From Oligoflexia bacterium (GTDB lineage: Bacteria > Bdellovibrionota > UBA1018), in assembly GCA_043732485.1 (NCBI GenBank), contig JAYTHP010000230.1, forward strand, positions 1 to 54,584: a stretch of 54,584 nucleotides of DNA, read 5' to 3'. Below are positions 1 to 13,100 of the stretch, piece by piece. The stretch's first letter is position 1; each line of letters starts with the position of its first letter. The translations under genes were made by a program, and so were the position numbers. The notes beneath the pieces are model-generated. The model was not told the origin of the DNA and ran no database searches. It was given only the letters and a program-made list of their open reading frames with translations.

Positions 1-503
1 CTATACCATTCGGTACGGGCAATTTCTGCACCACCCAGACGGCCAGAAACACGAATCTTAATCCCTTTTATGCCCTGCTTAAAAGCCGCCGTCATACACT
101 TCTTCATCGCCCGTCTAAAAGCCACACGCTTTTCTAACTGACTTGCGACGTTCTCAGCAATTAAAGTGGCATTCGCTTCAGGCTTCTTGACTTCAATGAT
201 ATTTAAGAATACTTCATTTCTGGACAGTTTCTGGACATCAGCCTTCAAAAGCTCAACGCCTGCACCTTTTTTGCCAATCACAATCCCTGGCCGAGCGGTG
301 TGAACGTTAATCTTCACCTTATTAGCCGCACGCTCAATTTCAATGCGCGCGATCCCTGCACCACGTAACTTACTTTTCAAGTAACTGCGCAACTTGAGAT
401 CTTCATGCAAAAGGCGTGCGTAATCTTTTTTCGAAAACCACCGACTATCCCAAGTACGGGTGATCCCTAAACGAAACCCAATTGGATTAACTTTTTGGCC
501 CAT
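1..503 (-). CDS. rpsC: 30S ribosomal protein S3 (3' end runs off window)
   Basis: Manual translation from ATG at 503: [23 protein letters not shown]...[13 protein letters not shown]...[15 protein letters not shown]; follows rplV. Confidence 0.97.
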   Translation of the reverse strand, partial: MGQKVNPIGFRLGITRTWDSRWFSKKDYARLLHEDLKLRSYLKSKLRGAGIARIEIERAANKVKINVHTARPGIVIGKKGAGVELLKADVQKLSRNEVFLNIIEVKKPEANATLIAENVASQLEKRVAFRRAMKKCMTAAFKQGIKGIKIRVSGRLGGAEIARTEWY

Positions 504-525
504 ATTCTCCTCTTCCTGTCTCGCG

Positions 526-873
526 TTATCGTTCCGCGAGCACAACGCTCACGTGACTGGTTTTCTTGTTAATCTTAAAAGCCGAACCCTTAGCCCTCGG
601 ACGAAAGCGCTTTAAGGTGGGACCCTGACCGACTAAAATCTGCTTCACATACAGCCCATCCACGTCAAGCTCACCTGCTTGCGTAGAATTGGCCACTGCA
701 CTCTTCAAAAGAGTGAGCAAACAATGCGCTGTGCGCTTGCGTGGAGAGAAAGTTAAGTAATCCAGCGCCTCGTTAATGCTCTTGCCTCGCACCTGATCCG
801 CCAGCATCCCCATCTTTCTGGGCGTGATCCTCACGAAACTGACTTTTGCCGATCCCTCACCGTAAACTGACAT
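526..873 (-). CDS. rplV: 50S ribosomal protein L22
   Basis: [23 protein letters not shown]...KKTSHV motifs; S10 cluster position. Confidence 0.97.
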   Translation of the reverse strand: MSVYGEGSAKVSFVRITPRKMGMLADQVRGKSINEALDYLTFSPRKRTAHCLLTLLKSAVANSTQAGELDVDGLYVKQILVGQGPTLKRFRPRAKGSAFKINKKTSHVSVVLAER

Positions 874-1168
874 ATCTAACCCTTCCTTAGCTAGGCCGTT
901 GCTTGGCCTAAACTCGTCATTTAACCCGATTTTTTACCCTGAGTCGGTCACCTCGTCCGCACTGTTGCGACTTATAACCTTAAACCTTACCCACCGCAGA
1001 CCGGCCAGCACAAACCTACTTCTTTTCGACCATCTACTGCAACGACTCTCTCACACTTCGCTACTCCTAGCTTTTCTCTCAACCAACCTCACCCACCTGG
1101 TTAGGGGCTCGATCCCTGACTTAAGCGTGCCTACCCCTCGGTAGGCTTGCAGCGACCTGAGACAGAAC

Positions 1169-1558
1169 CTATTTCCCAGGCGCAGCCTTGGCTGCAGGAG
1201 CACTCGCAGCTTTCGCTGCAGGCGCACTCGCAGTTTTCGCCGCAGGATTGCTAGACGCCTTGGAGCCGCCGCCTGAGGAATCTGCAGAACCTTTTTTATC
1301 AGCAGGAGTATGTCCGTGAAAGGTCCGCGTGGGGGAAAATTCACCGAACTTGTGCCCGACCATGTTTTCGGTTACATACACGGGAATAAACTTCTTTCCG
1401 TTATGAACCACAAACGTCAAACCGACAAAATCAGGCAAAACAGTTGATCTGCGGGACCAAGTCTTTATTACTTTACGATCCTGGGTTTGTCTAGCAGTTT
1501 GCACTTTTTTCAACAAATGTTCGTCACAAAAGGGACCTTTTTTAATTGAACGAGCCAC
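1169..1558 (-). CDS. rpsS: 30S ribosomal protein S19 with C-terminal Ala/Lys/Pro tail
   Basis: [42 protein letters not shown]. Confidence 0.98.
   Translation of the reverse strand: MARSIKKGPFCDEHLLKKVQTARQTQDRKVIKTWSRRSTVLPDFVGLTFVVHNGKKFIPVYVTENMVGHKFGEFSPTRTFHGHTPADKKGSADSSGGGSKASSNPAAKTASAPAAKAASAPAAKAAPGK
1181..1247. repeat. ~2.8 copies of a 24-bp imperfect tandem repeat encoding PAAK(T/A)ASA in the S19 tail
   Basis: cgcagccttggctgcaggagcact / cgcagctttcgctgcaggcgcact / cgcagttttcgccgcagga. Confidence 0.85.
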
Positions 1559-1571
1559 GCTTGAGTTCTCC

Positions 1572-2405
1572 TTATCGACGACGCTTCACAATGAAAGCAT
1601 CTGTACGTTTGTTATTTCTTGTCTTATAGCCTTTTGTGGGAACACCCCAAGGAGTTCTTGGATGTCCTCCCCCGGAACTTTTTCCTTCACCCCCACCGTG
1701 AGGATGATCGATCGGATTCATAGAAACCCCTCGGTTAGTGGGCCTCACCCCAAGCCAGCGATTTCGCCCCGCCTTCCCTAAACTGATGTTTTCATGATCG
1801 GTATTGGATAATTGCCCAATGGAAGCACGACAACGGGCATGCAGCAAGCGAATTTCACCGCTAGGCATCTTGACTTGGCAGTATTCACTTTCCTTGGCCA
1901 TCAGCTGGGCATAATTACCCGCCGAGCGGGCAATTTGTCCGCCCTTTCCAGGCTCATTTTCAATATTGTGAATCAGGGTCCCTACCGGGATCACCGATAG
2001 CGCCAAATGATTGCCAGGCTTAATGTCTGCCGTGTCACTGGCCACCACCGAATCTCCGACCTTTAACTGCAAGGGAGCCAAGATGTAACGCTTTTCGCCG
2101 TCTTTATAGTTCAACAACGCAATGTAGGCAGTACGGTTAGGATCGTATTCCAACGAAGCTACTTTCGCAGGAATCTCCTTCTTATCTCTCATAAAATCGA
2201 TCACGCGGTACTTGCGCTTGTGACCGCCGCCAATGTGGCGCACCGTCATTTTCCCTAACTGGTTACGACCACCGGTCTTGGAAAGACTTTGCGTGAGACA
2301 ACGAGGCTTCTTAGGCTGCTTCTTTTTCGGTGTCAGCACCGAGAAATCAGCTACATTTTTGTAACGTTGCGAAGGAGTCTTAGGCTTAAAGGATTGAATT
2401 GCCAT
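1572..2405 (-). CDS. rplB: 50S ribosomal protein L2
   Basis: [34 protein letters not shown]. Confidence 0.99.
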   Translation of the reverse strand: MAIQSFKPKTPSQRYKNVADFSVLTPKKKQPKKPRCLTQSLSKTGGRNQLGKMTVRHIGGGHKRKYRVIDFMRDKKEIPAKVASLEYDPNRTAYIALLNYKDGEKRYILAPLQLKVGDSVVASDTADIKPGNHLALSVIPVGTLIHNIENEPGKGGQIARSAGNYAQLMAKESEYCQVKMPSGEIRLLHARCRASIGQLSNTDHENISLGKAGRNRWLGVRPTNRGVSMNPIDHPHGGGEGKSSGGGHPRTPWGVPTKGYKTRNNKRTDAFIVKRRR

Positions 2406-2409
2406 GATG

Positions 2410-2700
2410 TTATCCTACTTTATGAAAATCGATTTTTTGACCGGCTGCAAGCGTCACGATCGCCTTTTTCCAGTTGGGCCGCTGCACCGGAGACCCACCC
2501 ACGCGCTTAACTTTACCATGCACAATCAGGGTTCGTACCTTTTCTACCTTGACGTCAAAAAGTCGGGTCACGGCATCGCGAATTTCCTGCTTGTTCGCAT
2601 TAAAACCAACTTCAAAAGACACCTGGTTCCCCAGAGTGGTTTGCACGATGACTTTTTCAGTCTGCAAGGGACGCTTGATCACCTCATAAATAGTTCGCAT
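2410..2700 (-). CDS. rplW: 50S ribosomal protein L23
   Basis: [30 protein letters not shown]. Confidence 0.97.
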   Translation of the reverse strand: MRTIYEVIKRPLQTEKVIVQTTLGNQVSFEVGFNANKQEIRDAVTRLFDVKVEKVRTLIVHGKVKRVGGSPVQRPNWKKAIVTLAAGQKIDFHKVG

Positions 2701-2706
2701 TATCAG

Positions 2707-3345
2707 TTACTCCTTGTGAGAAGCCAAAGCAAGCTTGGCATCCACGGTTTGTGCAGCGCGCTTCGTCAAGACAATCCACTCGTTGCGGATAATGTCATAG
2801 ACATTCAGCCCTTCGGTTCTCAATACTTTGACTCTCGGCAAGTTACGACCAGAGAGCTCCAAATGCCGATTATGATCGTCAACGATCAAGACCTGATCGA
2901 CCTGTAACTGCTCCTTCAAGATGTGATGCAACTTCTTGGTCGCAATCCCTTCCAGCTCAAAATCCTCCAGAATCAACAGTCTTTTCGAGGCTAAACGATC
3001 TGATAAAGCTGACCTCAAAGCACCGCGCATCATCTCCTTAGGAGTCGCTTGCGCATAAGAGCGAGGCACTGGCCCGAAAGTCTGACCGCCGCCTGGCTGT
3101 AACGGCGAGCGAATCGACCCCTGTCTCGCATTCCCAGTTCCCTTTTGCTTAAATGGCTTACGGCCGCCCCCGCGCACTTCTGATTTAGTCTTGGTCTTGG
3201 CAGTTCCTCTTCTGCGCCCCGCAAGCTGCGCCTTCAGTACCTGGTGCACGAGCGGAACGTTCACTTTCGCGCCAAACACTTCATCGCGAAGCTCTAAGGT
3301 GCCTACCAGCTTCTTTTCCTGATTCATCACTTCTAAAATTGGCAT
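2707..3345 (-). CDS. rplD: 50S ribosomal protein L4
   Basis: TKTKSEVRGGGRKPFKQKGTGNARQGSIRSP. Confidence 0.98.
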   Translation of the reverse strand: MPILEVMNQEKKLVGTLELRDEVFGAKVNVPLVHQVLKAQLAGRRRGTAKTKTKSEVRGGGRKPFKQKGTGNARQGSIRSPLQPGGGQTFGPVPRSYAQATPKEMMRGALRSALSDRLASKRLLILEDFELEGIATKKLHHILKEQLQVDQVLIVDDHNRHLELSGRNLPRVKVLRTEGLNVYDIIRNEWIVLTKRAAQTVDAKLALASHKE

Positions 3346-3348
3346 AAA

Positions 3349-4161
3349 TTAACCTGTATTTTTAACGGTACGCTGCACCGTCACAATGCCACTGCGTGCC
3401 CCTGGAACGCTTCCATGCACCAACAGTAACTGATTTTCAACGTCAACCTTGATCACCTTCAAGTTCTGCAACGTCACCTGGCGATTCCCCATTTGCCCGG
3501 CCATTTTCTTGTTCTTAAAGCACTTTCCTGGATCAGCGCGATTCCCAATCGATCCAAGTGAACGATGGGACAAGGAAGCTCCGTGCGTCTTCATACCGCC
3601 TGCCATGTGATAACGCTTCATCCCGCCTTGAAAACCCTTCCCTTTGCTCACTGCCGTGAGATCCACAAAGTCGCCGACTTTCAAAAACTCAGGCGAAAGC
3701 ACTTGACCCACCTGAAAGGCATCCAGCGAGGCGTCATCGGCCAAACGAAACTCATGATAGTGATAAAAACCGAAGGCTTCAGCCTGATCCGCGTGCCCCT
3801 GCTCTGGCAAAGTCGCTTGCTTTTGTTTTTTCTCTAAAAAACCGACTTGAATAGCCGTGTAACCATTATCCGCCTTCTGCTTTAGCTGTGTAATCACGCA
3901 GGGCTTTAAATCGATCACCGTTACGGCGATGGCGTTGCCCTTTTCACCGTAAACTTGGGTCATCCCGGCTTTCATCCCTAAAATGCCACCCCGGCCTTGT
4001 GTGATGGCCACAGGTTGACGGGGCTGCTTTTTCCACTGGGCAGAACGATTGAGCTTTTGAGCGACAACATCTGCTGCAGGTGCTGCCGCCGCTTCAACCG
4101 CTTCTTGCGACGAAGAGGAGGACTCTAGATTGGTTTCGGGAACTTCAGACGATTGATTCAT
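3349..4161 (-). CDS. rplC: 50S ribosomal protein L3 with N-terminal extension
   Basis: GMKAGMTQ, SKGKGFQGGMKRY, HRSLGSIG, KKMAGQMG, HGSVPG; GGAG SD upstream of ATG 4161. Confidence 0.97.
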   Translation of the reverse strand: MNQSSEVPETNLESSSSSQEAVEAAAAPAADVVAQKLNRSAQWKKQPRQPVAITQGRGGILGMKAGMTQVYGEKGNAIAVTVIDLKPCVITQLKQKADNGYTAIQVGFLEKKQKQATLPEQGHADQAEAFGFYHYHEFRLADDASLDAFQVGQVLSPEFLKVGDFVDLTAVSKGKGFQGGMKRYHMAGGMKTHGASLSHRSLGSIGNRADPGKCFKNKKMAGQMGNRQVTLQNLKVIKVDVENQLLLVHGSVPGARSGIVTVQRTVKNTG

Positions 4162-4667
4162 ATTGACATCTCCACAGCATCACCGCGCTCATTATAAACA
4201 CCTTCTAAAACTCTTCTACTCAAGGACACAAACCCCTGAGGGATCCCTAGCAAACAGGATTCCTGGTGGCGAAGAGCGATATAAGGCGCGGATGCTTTCA
4301 TGTGACTATTTTTAGAAAGTGACTTTCCTGCTGGGATGTCCCAAAACTGGCCAATGATCAGAAAATGACCGCTCACCGGAGCGGACTTTTAATAGACCCA
4401 TGAGACTTTTTTTAGTCTCTTCTATCCAGTTTTTAAAGCTCAGATTTCAAGCTCTTCTCGCAGAAACTCTCTTGTAAGAGGTTCCTACAAAAACTAGGAC
4501 ATGCAGCAAGGAGTTTCACTTCCTAACGAAGCTGAGGATTTGACGCTCAAACTTCTTTTTTACGGTTAAGACCTGATCATTAGCGAACCTGAACTCTTAT
4601 TTCAAGGAGAAAAAGCTAAAAATCGCATTTTTCTCGCTTGCACTCCTCAGCACGCCTGCCTGCAGGC

Positions 4668-4710
4668 AAAAAAAAGGTCTGAAGCGGTCGTGGGCGACCG
4701 ATTCAGACCT
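4668..4710 (-). terminator. Intrinsic terminator downstream of rpsJ
   Basis: Minus strand AGGTCTGAATCGGTCG-CCCA-CGACCGCTTCAGACC followed by a T8 run. Confidence 0.85.
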
Positions 4711-4800
4711 TGATAACTCTTCTCTTGAGCAAGCTCGTTCACCTACAAAATCAGCTTGACATGCCCTGAACCCAGTAGAATCCGCTCAGAGTTAGGGAAC

Positions 4801-5115
4801 CTAGGACTTAATTTCCACATCAACCCCAGCGGATAAATCAAGTTTCATCAGGGAATCGACCGTCTGTTGAGTGGGCTCTAAAATATCTAGTAAGCGCTTG
4901 TGAGTTCTCACTTCAAAGGCCTCGCGCGACTTTTTATCAACGTGCGGTGAACGCAACACGCAGTAACGGTTAATCACGGTCGGTAAAGGAATCGGACCTC
5001 GCACTTTAGCACCAGTGCGGCGCGCGGTGTTCACGATTTCCCACACCGATTGATCCAAAACCCGGTGGTCAAATGCTTTTAACTTAATTCTGATCTTGTG
5101 CTCAACAGTAGCCAT
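4801..5115 (-). CDS. rpsJ: 30S ribosomal protein S10
   Basis: [40 protein letters not shown]. Confidence 0.99.
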   Translation of the reverse strand: MATVEHKIRIKLKAFDHRVLDQSVWEIVNTARRTGAKVRGPIPLPTVINRYCVLRSPHVDKKSREAFEVRTHKRLLDILEPTQQTVDSLMKLDLSAGVDVEIKS

Positions 5116-5496
5116 AACTCATCCCTTTCTGATTGATAAAAGAGCAACCACCAACGCAGGCATCACCTACAAGCCCTTTGAGAAGCCTCTTTGTCCTTAC
5201 TCACTGGCCTGCTGTGCCGATTTTTTGCGCTGACCCTTACTCCCTAGTTTGCTCCACACCCTCGCCCCACCGCTAGCAACGTCTCAGCCCAACACTGTGA
5301 ACGGGCCGCCTGCCGTGCGAAGTGGAATCGATGTGCTTGCAAAAGTTCCCCTGCTTGCGAATGGATGTTAATGCAGGCAGGCAATCTTTTTGGAGCAGAT
5401 TTTTTTAGCTTTTGGACCCTAACACCGTTCCACCGAAAAAACAAGCTTCGCTTACGCGTCATTGTCTATTGCCGGATTCAAGGCACCTTTGAAGCG

Positions 5497-7611
5497 CTAA
5501 AGGACTAACACCCCGGCTTTTACCTTGATCTCTTGTTCAATCTGCGGCGGCACCACTTCATAGTGGGCAAACTCCATACTATAACTTGCTCGCCCCTGAG
5601 AGAGTGAGCGCAACTGAGTGGAATAGCCAAACATCGTCATCAAGGGTACGCTGGCGCGAATCACTCGCAAATCGCCCCGCTGGGTCATTTCCAGGATCTT
5701 ACCCCGTCGACTACTCAAATCGGCAATCACCCCACCCATGTAATCTTCCGGGCTCACCACCTCAGCACTCATCAACGGTTCTAAAATCGCCGGACTGGCC
5801 TTTGCAACCGCCTCACGAAAAGCCATCGAGGCTGCAATCTTGTAGGCCGCCTCAGTCGCCTCTTCTTCACGAAAACTGCCACCCGTTAAGGTCGCCTCGA
5901 CGTCAACCACCGGATAACCCGCCAGAATCCCGCCTAGCATGACCTCGCGAATGCCTTGTTCAATGGCCGCCACAAAAACCGCCGGAATCACCGATAAGGC
6001 GAGCTGATTTTTAAAAAGATAACCCTTGCCGCGCTGGGCAGGGCGCAACTCAATCACGCAGTGCCCAAATTGCGCTCGACCGGAAGCTAACCCAGCTGGC
6101 CTGGCAAACTGCCCCTCACCGACCCCAGTACTCCTGAGCGTTTCCTTATAGGAGACTTGCGGCCGACCGACATTGGCCTCCACCTTAAACTCGCGCTTCA
6201 TGCGATCGACGATAATCTCTAGATGCAACTCGCCCATTCCACTGAGCAAGGTCTGACCGGTATCCTCATTGACTTCCACCCGAAAGGAAGGATCCTCCGC
6301 CGCAAGCCGCACCAGCGCCAACTCCAATTTCTCTTGATCACCCTTAGTTTTAGGCTCAACGGCAATGGCGATCACCGGCTCGGGAAAATCAATCTTTTCC
6401 AGCAATAAAGGCGCCGACTCATCGCACAAGGTATCACCCGTCGTGGTGAACCTCAGCCCGACGGCTGCCACAATCTCTCCCACCTGGACCGTTTCTTTTT
6501 CTTCGCGCCGATTGGCACTCATTTGGAGAATGCGCCCCAACCGTTCGCGCTTACCCTTGCTAGCATTAAAAACAGTCTGTCCCACCCGGGCTTTGCCCGA
6601 ATACACCCGGAAATAAGTTAAATTGCCGGTAAACGAATCACTCATGACCTTAAAAGCCAGTGCCGCAAAAGGCTCATCCAGCTCAGGCTTGCGCACCTCA
6701 ACCTGCGCTAAATCATCAGGACGCATCCCGCGTACCGGCAATTGATCTAAAGGTGAGGGTAGGTAGCGTGTCACCGCATCTAACAACAACTGCACGCCTT
6801 TATTCTTAAAACTCGCCCCGCAGAGGACAGGGACCCCTTTGCCCGCTAAACAAAGAGAGCGCAAACCCTGGTAGGCTTGACTCACCGTCAGCGCGCCACT
6901 GGCTAAATAAGCATCCGTCAAACTTTCTTCCAACGAAGCAATCTGCTCCATTAGGTCGTCTCTGGCTTGTTGCGCCTCTTGCTGCCAATCGCTAGGCACG
7001 CTCTCGAGCACAAAGGCGGAGTCCACTTTCTCCGACTCCCAGCGAATCAGCTTCATTTCAATGAGATCAATGATGCCTTGAAAGGTCTCGCCTTCTCCCC
7101 ACGGCAACTGGATTACCAGCGGATGCGCCCCTAAGCGCTCTTCTATCTGCCGCACCACGCCACGAAATTGCGCCCCCACGCGGTCCATCTTATTGACAAA
7201 AGCAATTCGTGGCACCTGGTACTTATTGGCTTGCCGCCAAACCGTCTCAGACTGCGGCTCAACACCGCCTACGGCACAAAAAACCGCCACCGCACCGTCT
7301 AACACTCGTAACGAGCGCTCCACTTCAATCGTGAAATCGACATGCCCCGGAGTATCAATGAGATTAATGCGAAAGCCGTCCCAATAACAGGTGGTTGCAG
7401 CTGAGGTGATTGTTATTCCCCGCTCCTGCTCCTGCGGCATCCAGTCCATGACGGTCGTTCCCTCATGCACTTCGCCTACTTTATGGGTTTTTCCACTATA
7501 GAAGAGGATGCGCTCAGTCGTCGTTGTTTTACCAGCGTCAATGTGAGCGATAATACCGATATTTCGAGTCTTGAGAAGCTCTTTTTCGGCTAAGGCAGAC
7601 TCAGTTACCAT
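5497..7611 (-). CDS. fusA: Elongation factor G (str-operon copy, divergent domain IV)
   Basis: [47 protein letters not shown]; follows rpsG. Confidence 0.95.
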   Translation of the reverse strand: MVTESALAEKELLKTRNIGIIAHIDAGKTTTTERILFYSGKTHKVGEVHEGTTVMDWMPQEQERGITITSAATTCYWDGFRINLIDTPGHVDFTIEVERSLRVLDGAVAVFCAVGGVEPQSETVWRQANKYQVPRIAFVNKMDRVGAQFRGVVRQIEERLGAHPLVIQLPWGEGETFQGIIDLIEMKLIRWESEKVDSAFVLESVPSDWQQEAQQARDDLMEQIASLEESLTDAYLASGALTVSQAYQGLRSLCLAGKGVPVLCGASFKNKGVQLLLDAVTRYLPSPLDQLPVRGMRPDDLAQVEVRKPELDEPFAALAFKVMSDSFTGNLTYFRVYSGKARVGQTVFNASKGKRERLGRILQMSANRREEKETVQVGEIVAAVGLRFTTTGDTLCDESAPLLLEKIDFPEPVIAIAVEPKTKGDQEKLELALVRLAAEDPSFRVEVNEDTGQTLLSGMGELHLEIIVDRMKREFKVEANVGRPQVSYKETLRSTGVGEGQFARPAGLASGRAQFGHCVIELRPAQRGKGYLFKNQLALSVIPAVFVAAIEQGIREVMLGGILAGYPVVDVEATLTGGSFREEEATEAAYKIAASMAFREAVAKASPAILEPLMSAEVVSPEDYMGGVIADLSSRRGKILEMTQRGDLRVIRASVPLMTMFGYSTQLRSLSQGRASYSMEFAHYEVVPPQIEQEIKVKAGVLVL

Positions 7612-8075
7612 CGATAATGAGCGAAAGCCTTATTGGCTTCCGCCATTTTGTGAACATCTTCACGCTTTTTCATCGCGCCGCCTCGACCATTGGAGGCTTC
7701 AATCATTTCAGCAGCTAAGCGCTCAGACATCGAATGTTCAGGCCTACCTCGTGCTGAGTCAATCAGCCAACGCGAGGCTAACGATTGCCGGCGCGCAGGC
7801 TTCACTTCAATGGGTACCTGGTAGGTGGCACCACCTACTCGGCGCGACTTGACTTCTAAGAGCGGCTTAGCATTTTCTAAGGCCTTCTTAAAAATCTTCA
7901 AACCATCCTCACCCGTGCGCGACTGAATCACGTCTACGCAATGGTAAAAAATGGACTCAGCCGTCGACTTTTTGCCCTCTTTTAAAAGGCTGCTGACGAA
8001 CTTAGCGACCACCACGTCATTGAACTTAGGATCAGGAAGAATCTCGCGTTTTCGAATGAAACTTTTTCGGCCCAT
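7605..8075 (-). CDS. rpsG: 30S ribosomal protein S7
   Basis: [30 protein letters not shown]. Confidence 0.99.
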   Translation of the reverse strand: MGRKSFIRKREILPDPKFNDVVVAKFVSSLLKEGKKSTAESIFYHCVDVIQSRTGEDGLKIFKKALENAKPLLEVKSRRVGGATYQVPIEVKPARRQSLASRWLIDSARGRPEHSMSERLAAEMIEASNGRGGAMKKREDVHKMAEANKAFAHYRW

Positions 8076-8102
8076 AACTCACTTACCTCACTGCGTTGAA
8101 AC

Positions 8103-8495
8103 TTACTTAGCCGCCCCTGCAGCTGCTGTTGTCTTTTTAGTCCCATATTTGGAACGACTCTGTTTGCGATTCACCACCCCTTGAGCGTCCAGCGTTCCAC
8201 GAACCGTGTGGTAACGAACCCCTGGCAAATCCTTCACCCTGCCGCCACGAATCAAAACAATCGAGTGTTCCTGCAGATTGTGACCCACGCCTGGGATGTA
8301 AGACGTCACTTCATAACCGTTCGTCAAACGAACGCGGCAAACCTTCCGTAAGGCGGAGTTAGGTTTTTTAGGAGTAGTGGTGTAGACACGGGTGCAGACA
8401 CCACGGCGCTGAGGACAACTCTGCAAAGCAGGAGACTTGGTTTTCCACTGCTTGTCGGAGCGACCTCTGCGAATCAGCTGATTAATCGTTGGCAT
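8103..8495 (-). CDS. rpsL: 30S ribosomal protein S12
   Basis: [31 protein letters not shown]. Confidence 0.99.
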   Translation of the reverse strand: MPTINQLIRRGRSDKQWKTKSPALQSCPQRRGVCTRVYTTTPKKPNSALRKVCRVRLTNGYEVTSYIPGVGHNLQEHSIVLIRGGRVKDLPGVRYHTVRGTLDAQGVVNRKQSRSKYGTKKTTAAAGAAK

Positions 8496-8753
8496 GAACT
8501 GGGATCCTTTCAGTAAGGCTTTTTAACGTCAAAAAAACTAGCAGAACCTACAAAATTTTTTTACTCAAGCTGGTAATCTCTCTAGCAAACTTTTTTACTT
8601 TTATCAAACGAGAAGAACCCACGAGCAAAATTCGCGAGTAAACCCTGCGAGACCACTTCACTCTTTTCTCTTCGTCTTTTTTGAGGCCCCTTTTGAGGCT
8701 TTTAGAATGCCATAAACGGAGAGCAAAGCACTAAAAATTGAGCAAGAAACTGA

Positions 8754-8782
8754 AAGATAGACGACCTTGGCTACCAGGTCAA
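8754..8782 (-). promoter_or_regulatory. Candidate sigma70 promoter of the str operon
   Basis: Minus strand TTGACC-17 bp-TATCTT, about 260 bp upstream of rpsL. Confidence 0.6.
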
Positions 8783-9179
8783 GCAGAATTGAGATCCCCG
8801 TCCTTTTTCTCAGCCACGAATAGGCCTAAGCTCTCTCGCTCCCCTCCCTGAAGACTTCAGCCTCCTCCGTTTTGGCCTGCTCTTTTTTTTCCTCGGACTT
8901 CCCAGGTTCTTCCCAATTTCTTCCCGCCTGCTTTCCTACCCTTGTCTCCGAGCCCGGTTTCCTATTATGATGAACAAGCAGCAGATGAGTGGCTGTGTAG
9001 CAGATATGAGGGCAACGTCAGGGGCGCTGCCCCATGGTCAGCCTCACAGCAAGACACTCAGTCACTTCTGAGAAGGCTCCCCTTAGACTCCCTCAAGCCC
9101 TGCGGTGACTCAAGTAAACCGCATCCACCCCCCCCCCTTGAAGACCCATCAACCCACGAAAGGTCCCCCAGGCTTTCCC

Positions 9180-9905
9180 ATGCAAAACCCCACGCCCACG
9201 CCCGTCCCCCTCTTCTCTTACCAGCGCGCCCGAGCGTCTTTGGCTCTGGCTTTGACTCTGGCCCTCGTTTTACTCACCACCCAAATTATCGCACCCGCAC
9301 GCTTGCACGCGGATGGCACCCCGCTGCAGGAGCCGAGGCCTTCAACGTCCGCCGCCTCCCACCCCTTTGAAGTCTCCGGCGCTTTGGGCCTCGGTTTAAG
9401 CTATTTAGCCGGATTTCAAAACCAAAGCGGAACCGCAATCGGGTTGCGAGTCGCTTATCGTCCCACTGCAACGCTTGAGCTTGGGGTTTCAGGCTCTTTT
9501 TTTCCAAACCTGCGCTTTTCCCCCTCCTCCGCAGCCTTGCCAGGCGCCTCACTCGTGCTTGATGGGTGGCTTGCTGACTTGAGCTTCCATCCTTTTTTGC
9601 CCGCAGACTCCCCAACACTCACGCACGCGCCTGACTTTCGCTCGCTGCGGCCTCTCAGCCTAGGCGTCACCTTAGGCCTGCTTCGCTATGCTTTTCTCGC
9701 AGCTCCCAGTAATCCGCTTTTTTCTGACTTGCAAAACCGCTCTTTTAGTTTTTTTTGCGCCGCTTTAGGTCTCAGGGTTGCCTATGACTTTGCTTACTCA
9801 GATCGTCTCGCTTGGGGGCCCGAGGTGCGAATCACCAGCGCGCTTGCTAGCCGCGAAGTACTTTTGCAAACCCTGGTGCTGGCGGTCATGCATTTTACTC
9901 TTTAA
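9180..9905 (+). CDS. Hypothetical exported protein, probable outer-membrane beta-barrel (start 9180 preferred over 9105)
   Basis: Hydrophobic signal segment (LALALTLALVLL...ARLHA); alternating beta-strand patterns (GLRVAY, LELGVSGSF, GLRVAYDF, WGPEVRI). Confidence 0.55.
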   Translation: MQNPTPTPVPLFSYQRARASLALALTLALVLLTTQIIAPARLHADGTPLQEPRPSTSAASHPFEVSGALGLGLSYLAGFQNQSGTAIGLRVAYRPTATLELGVSGSFFPNLRFSPSSAALPGASLVLDGWLADLSFHPFLPADSPTLTHAPDFRSLRPLSLGVTLGLLRYAFLAAPSNPLFSDLQNRSFSFFCAALGLRVAYDFAYSDRLAWGPEVRITSALASREVLLQTLVLAVMHFTL

Positions 9906-10254
9906 AAGCAAAAAAATGCCGTCAACTGGCCTCCCTCACTCCTCCCCTTTTTTGTTCTGCCTGATCACTTTGTGCCTGCTCCCACAAGCGACGCCGACCA
10001 AGCAGCAAAAGACTAGCAGCAGCAATAATGTCATTTACACCCGCCAGCCAGTCATGCTCCAATCAAAAGAGAAGGAAACTGATGAGCATGCGCTCAGGAA
10101 CAAGCAAGAGAGACCGCACGTACGCTCCCTGCTTGCTCTCGATTCGCGGCGGTCGTCGTCCCGGTGCTTGGTTCGCAATTTTGACAAGGGGCCCAGCGTG
10201 CACACCGATCCGTAGCAACCCCCTCCCCGGCCCCTGCGCGAGTGAGACCGTTAG

Positions 10255-12642
<2,388 letters not shown>

Positions 12643-13100
12643 GGGACGCAAGCAGCCCCATCGGGTTTCTTTTTTTTTTAGTTTGCTTACCCTCCTGACC
12701 CAAAAAATCGACCCAGCACCGTGACGCGGGTTGAATTTTTTGGGTAGGTGCGGTGAGTTAGCAGGGCAGCCACCACCTCGCCGCTTGAAACCTTCTCAAA
12801 ACGGCTTTTTACTCCAGTCAGGGGTTGTTTTTGAGCGCGCGCGCTGCCGCAATCGTCCGGCGTAAGAGACTCTGAATCAGGCGATGATAAAGAGCTTAGA
12901 AAAAGCGCGAAAAAGCAAGCAAAGCCCCTACCGACTTGAAGGCGAGTCATTCCTCGGGTCACTGGACTCGGGTTACTGCTTCGGACATGACCCTTGAACG
13001 CCACCTGACAAAAAAGACCGTTGATGCGAAGCCGTAAGTGCAACCAGCGACGTTGCCTCCGCAAAGACACCTGCTCGCGCCGCCACCCATCCCCTTCAAG

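Noticed and set aside
5116-5496. Possible tuf remnant or 72-aa ORF between fusA and rpsJ
   Set aside because: No EF-Tu motifs recognised in the minus-strand frames I read; the ORF does not look protein-like
12687-13070. 127-aa ORF between katG and lon
   Set aside because: No recognisable features; lies in a convergent intergenic region
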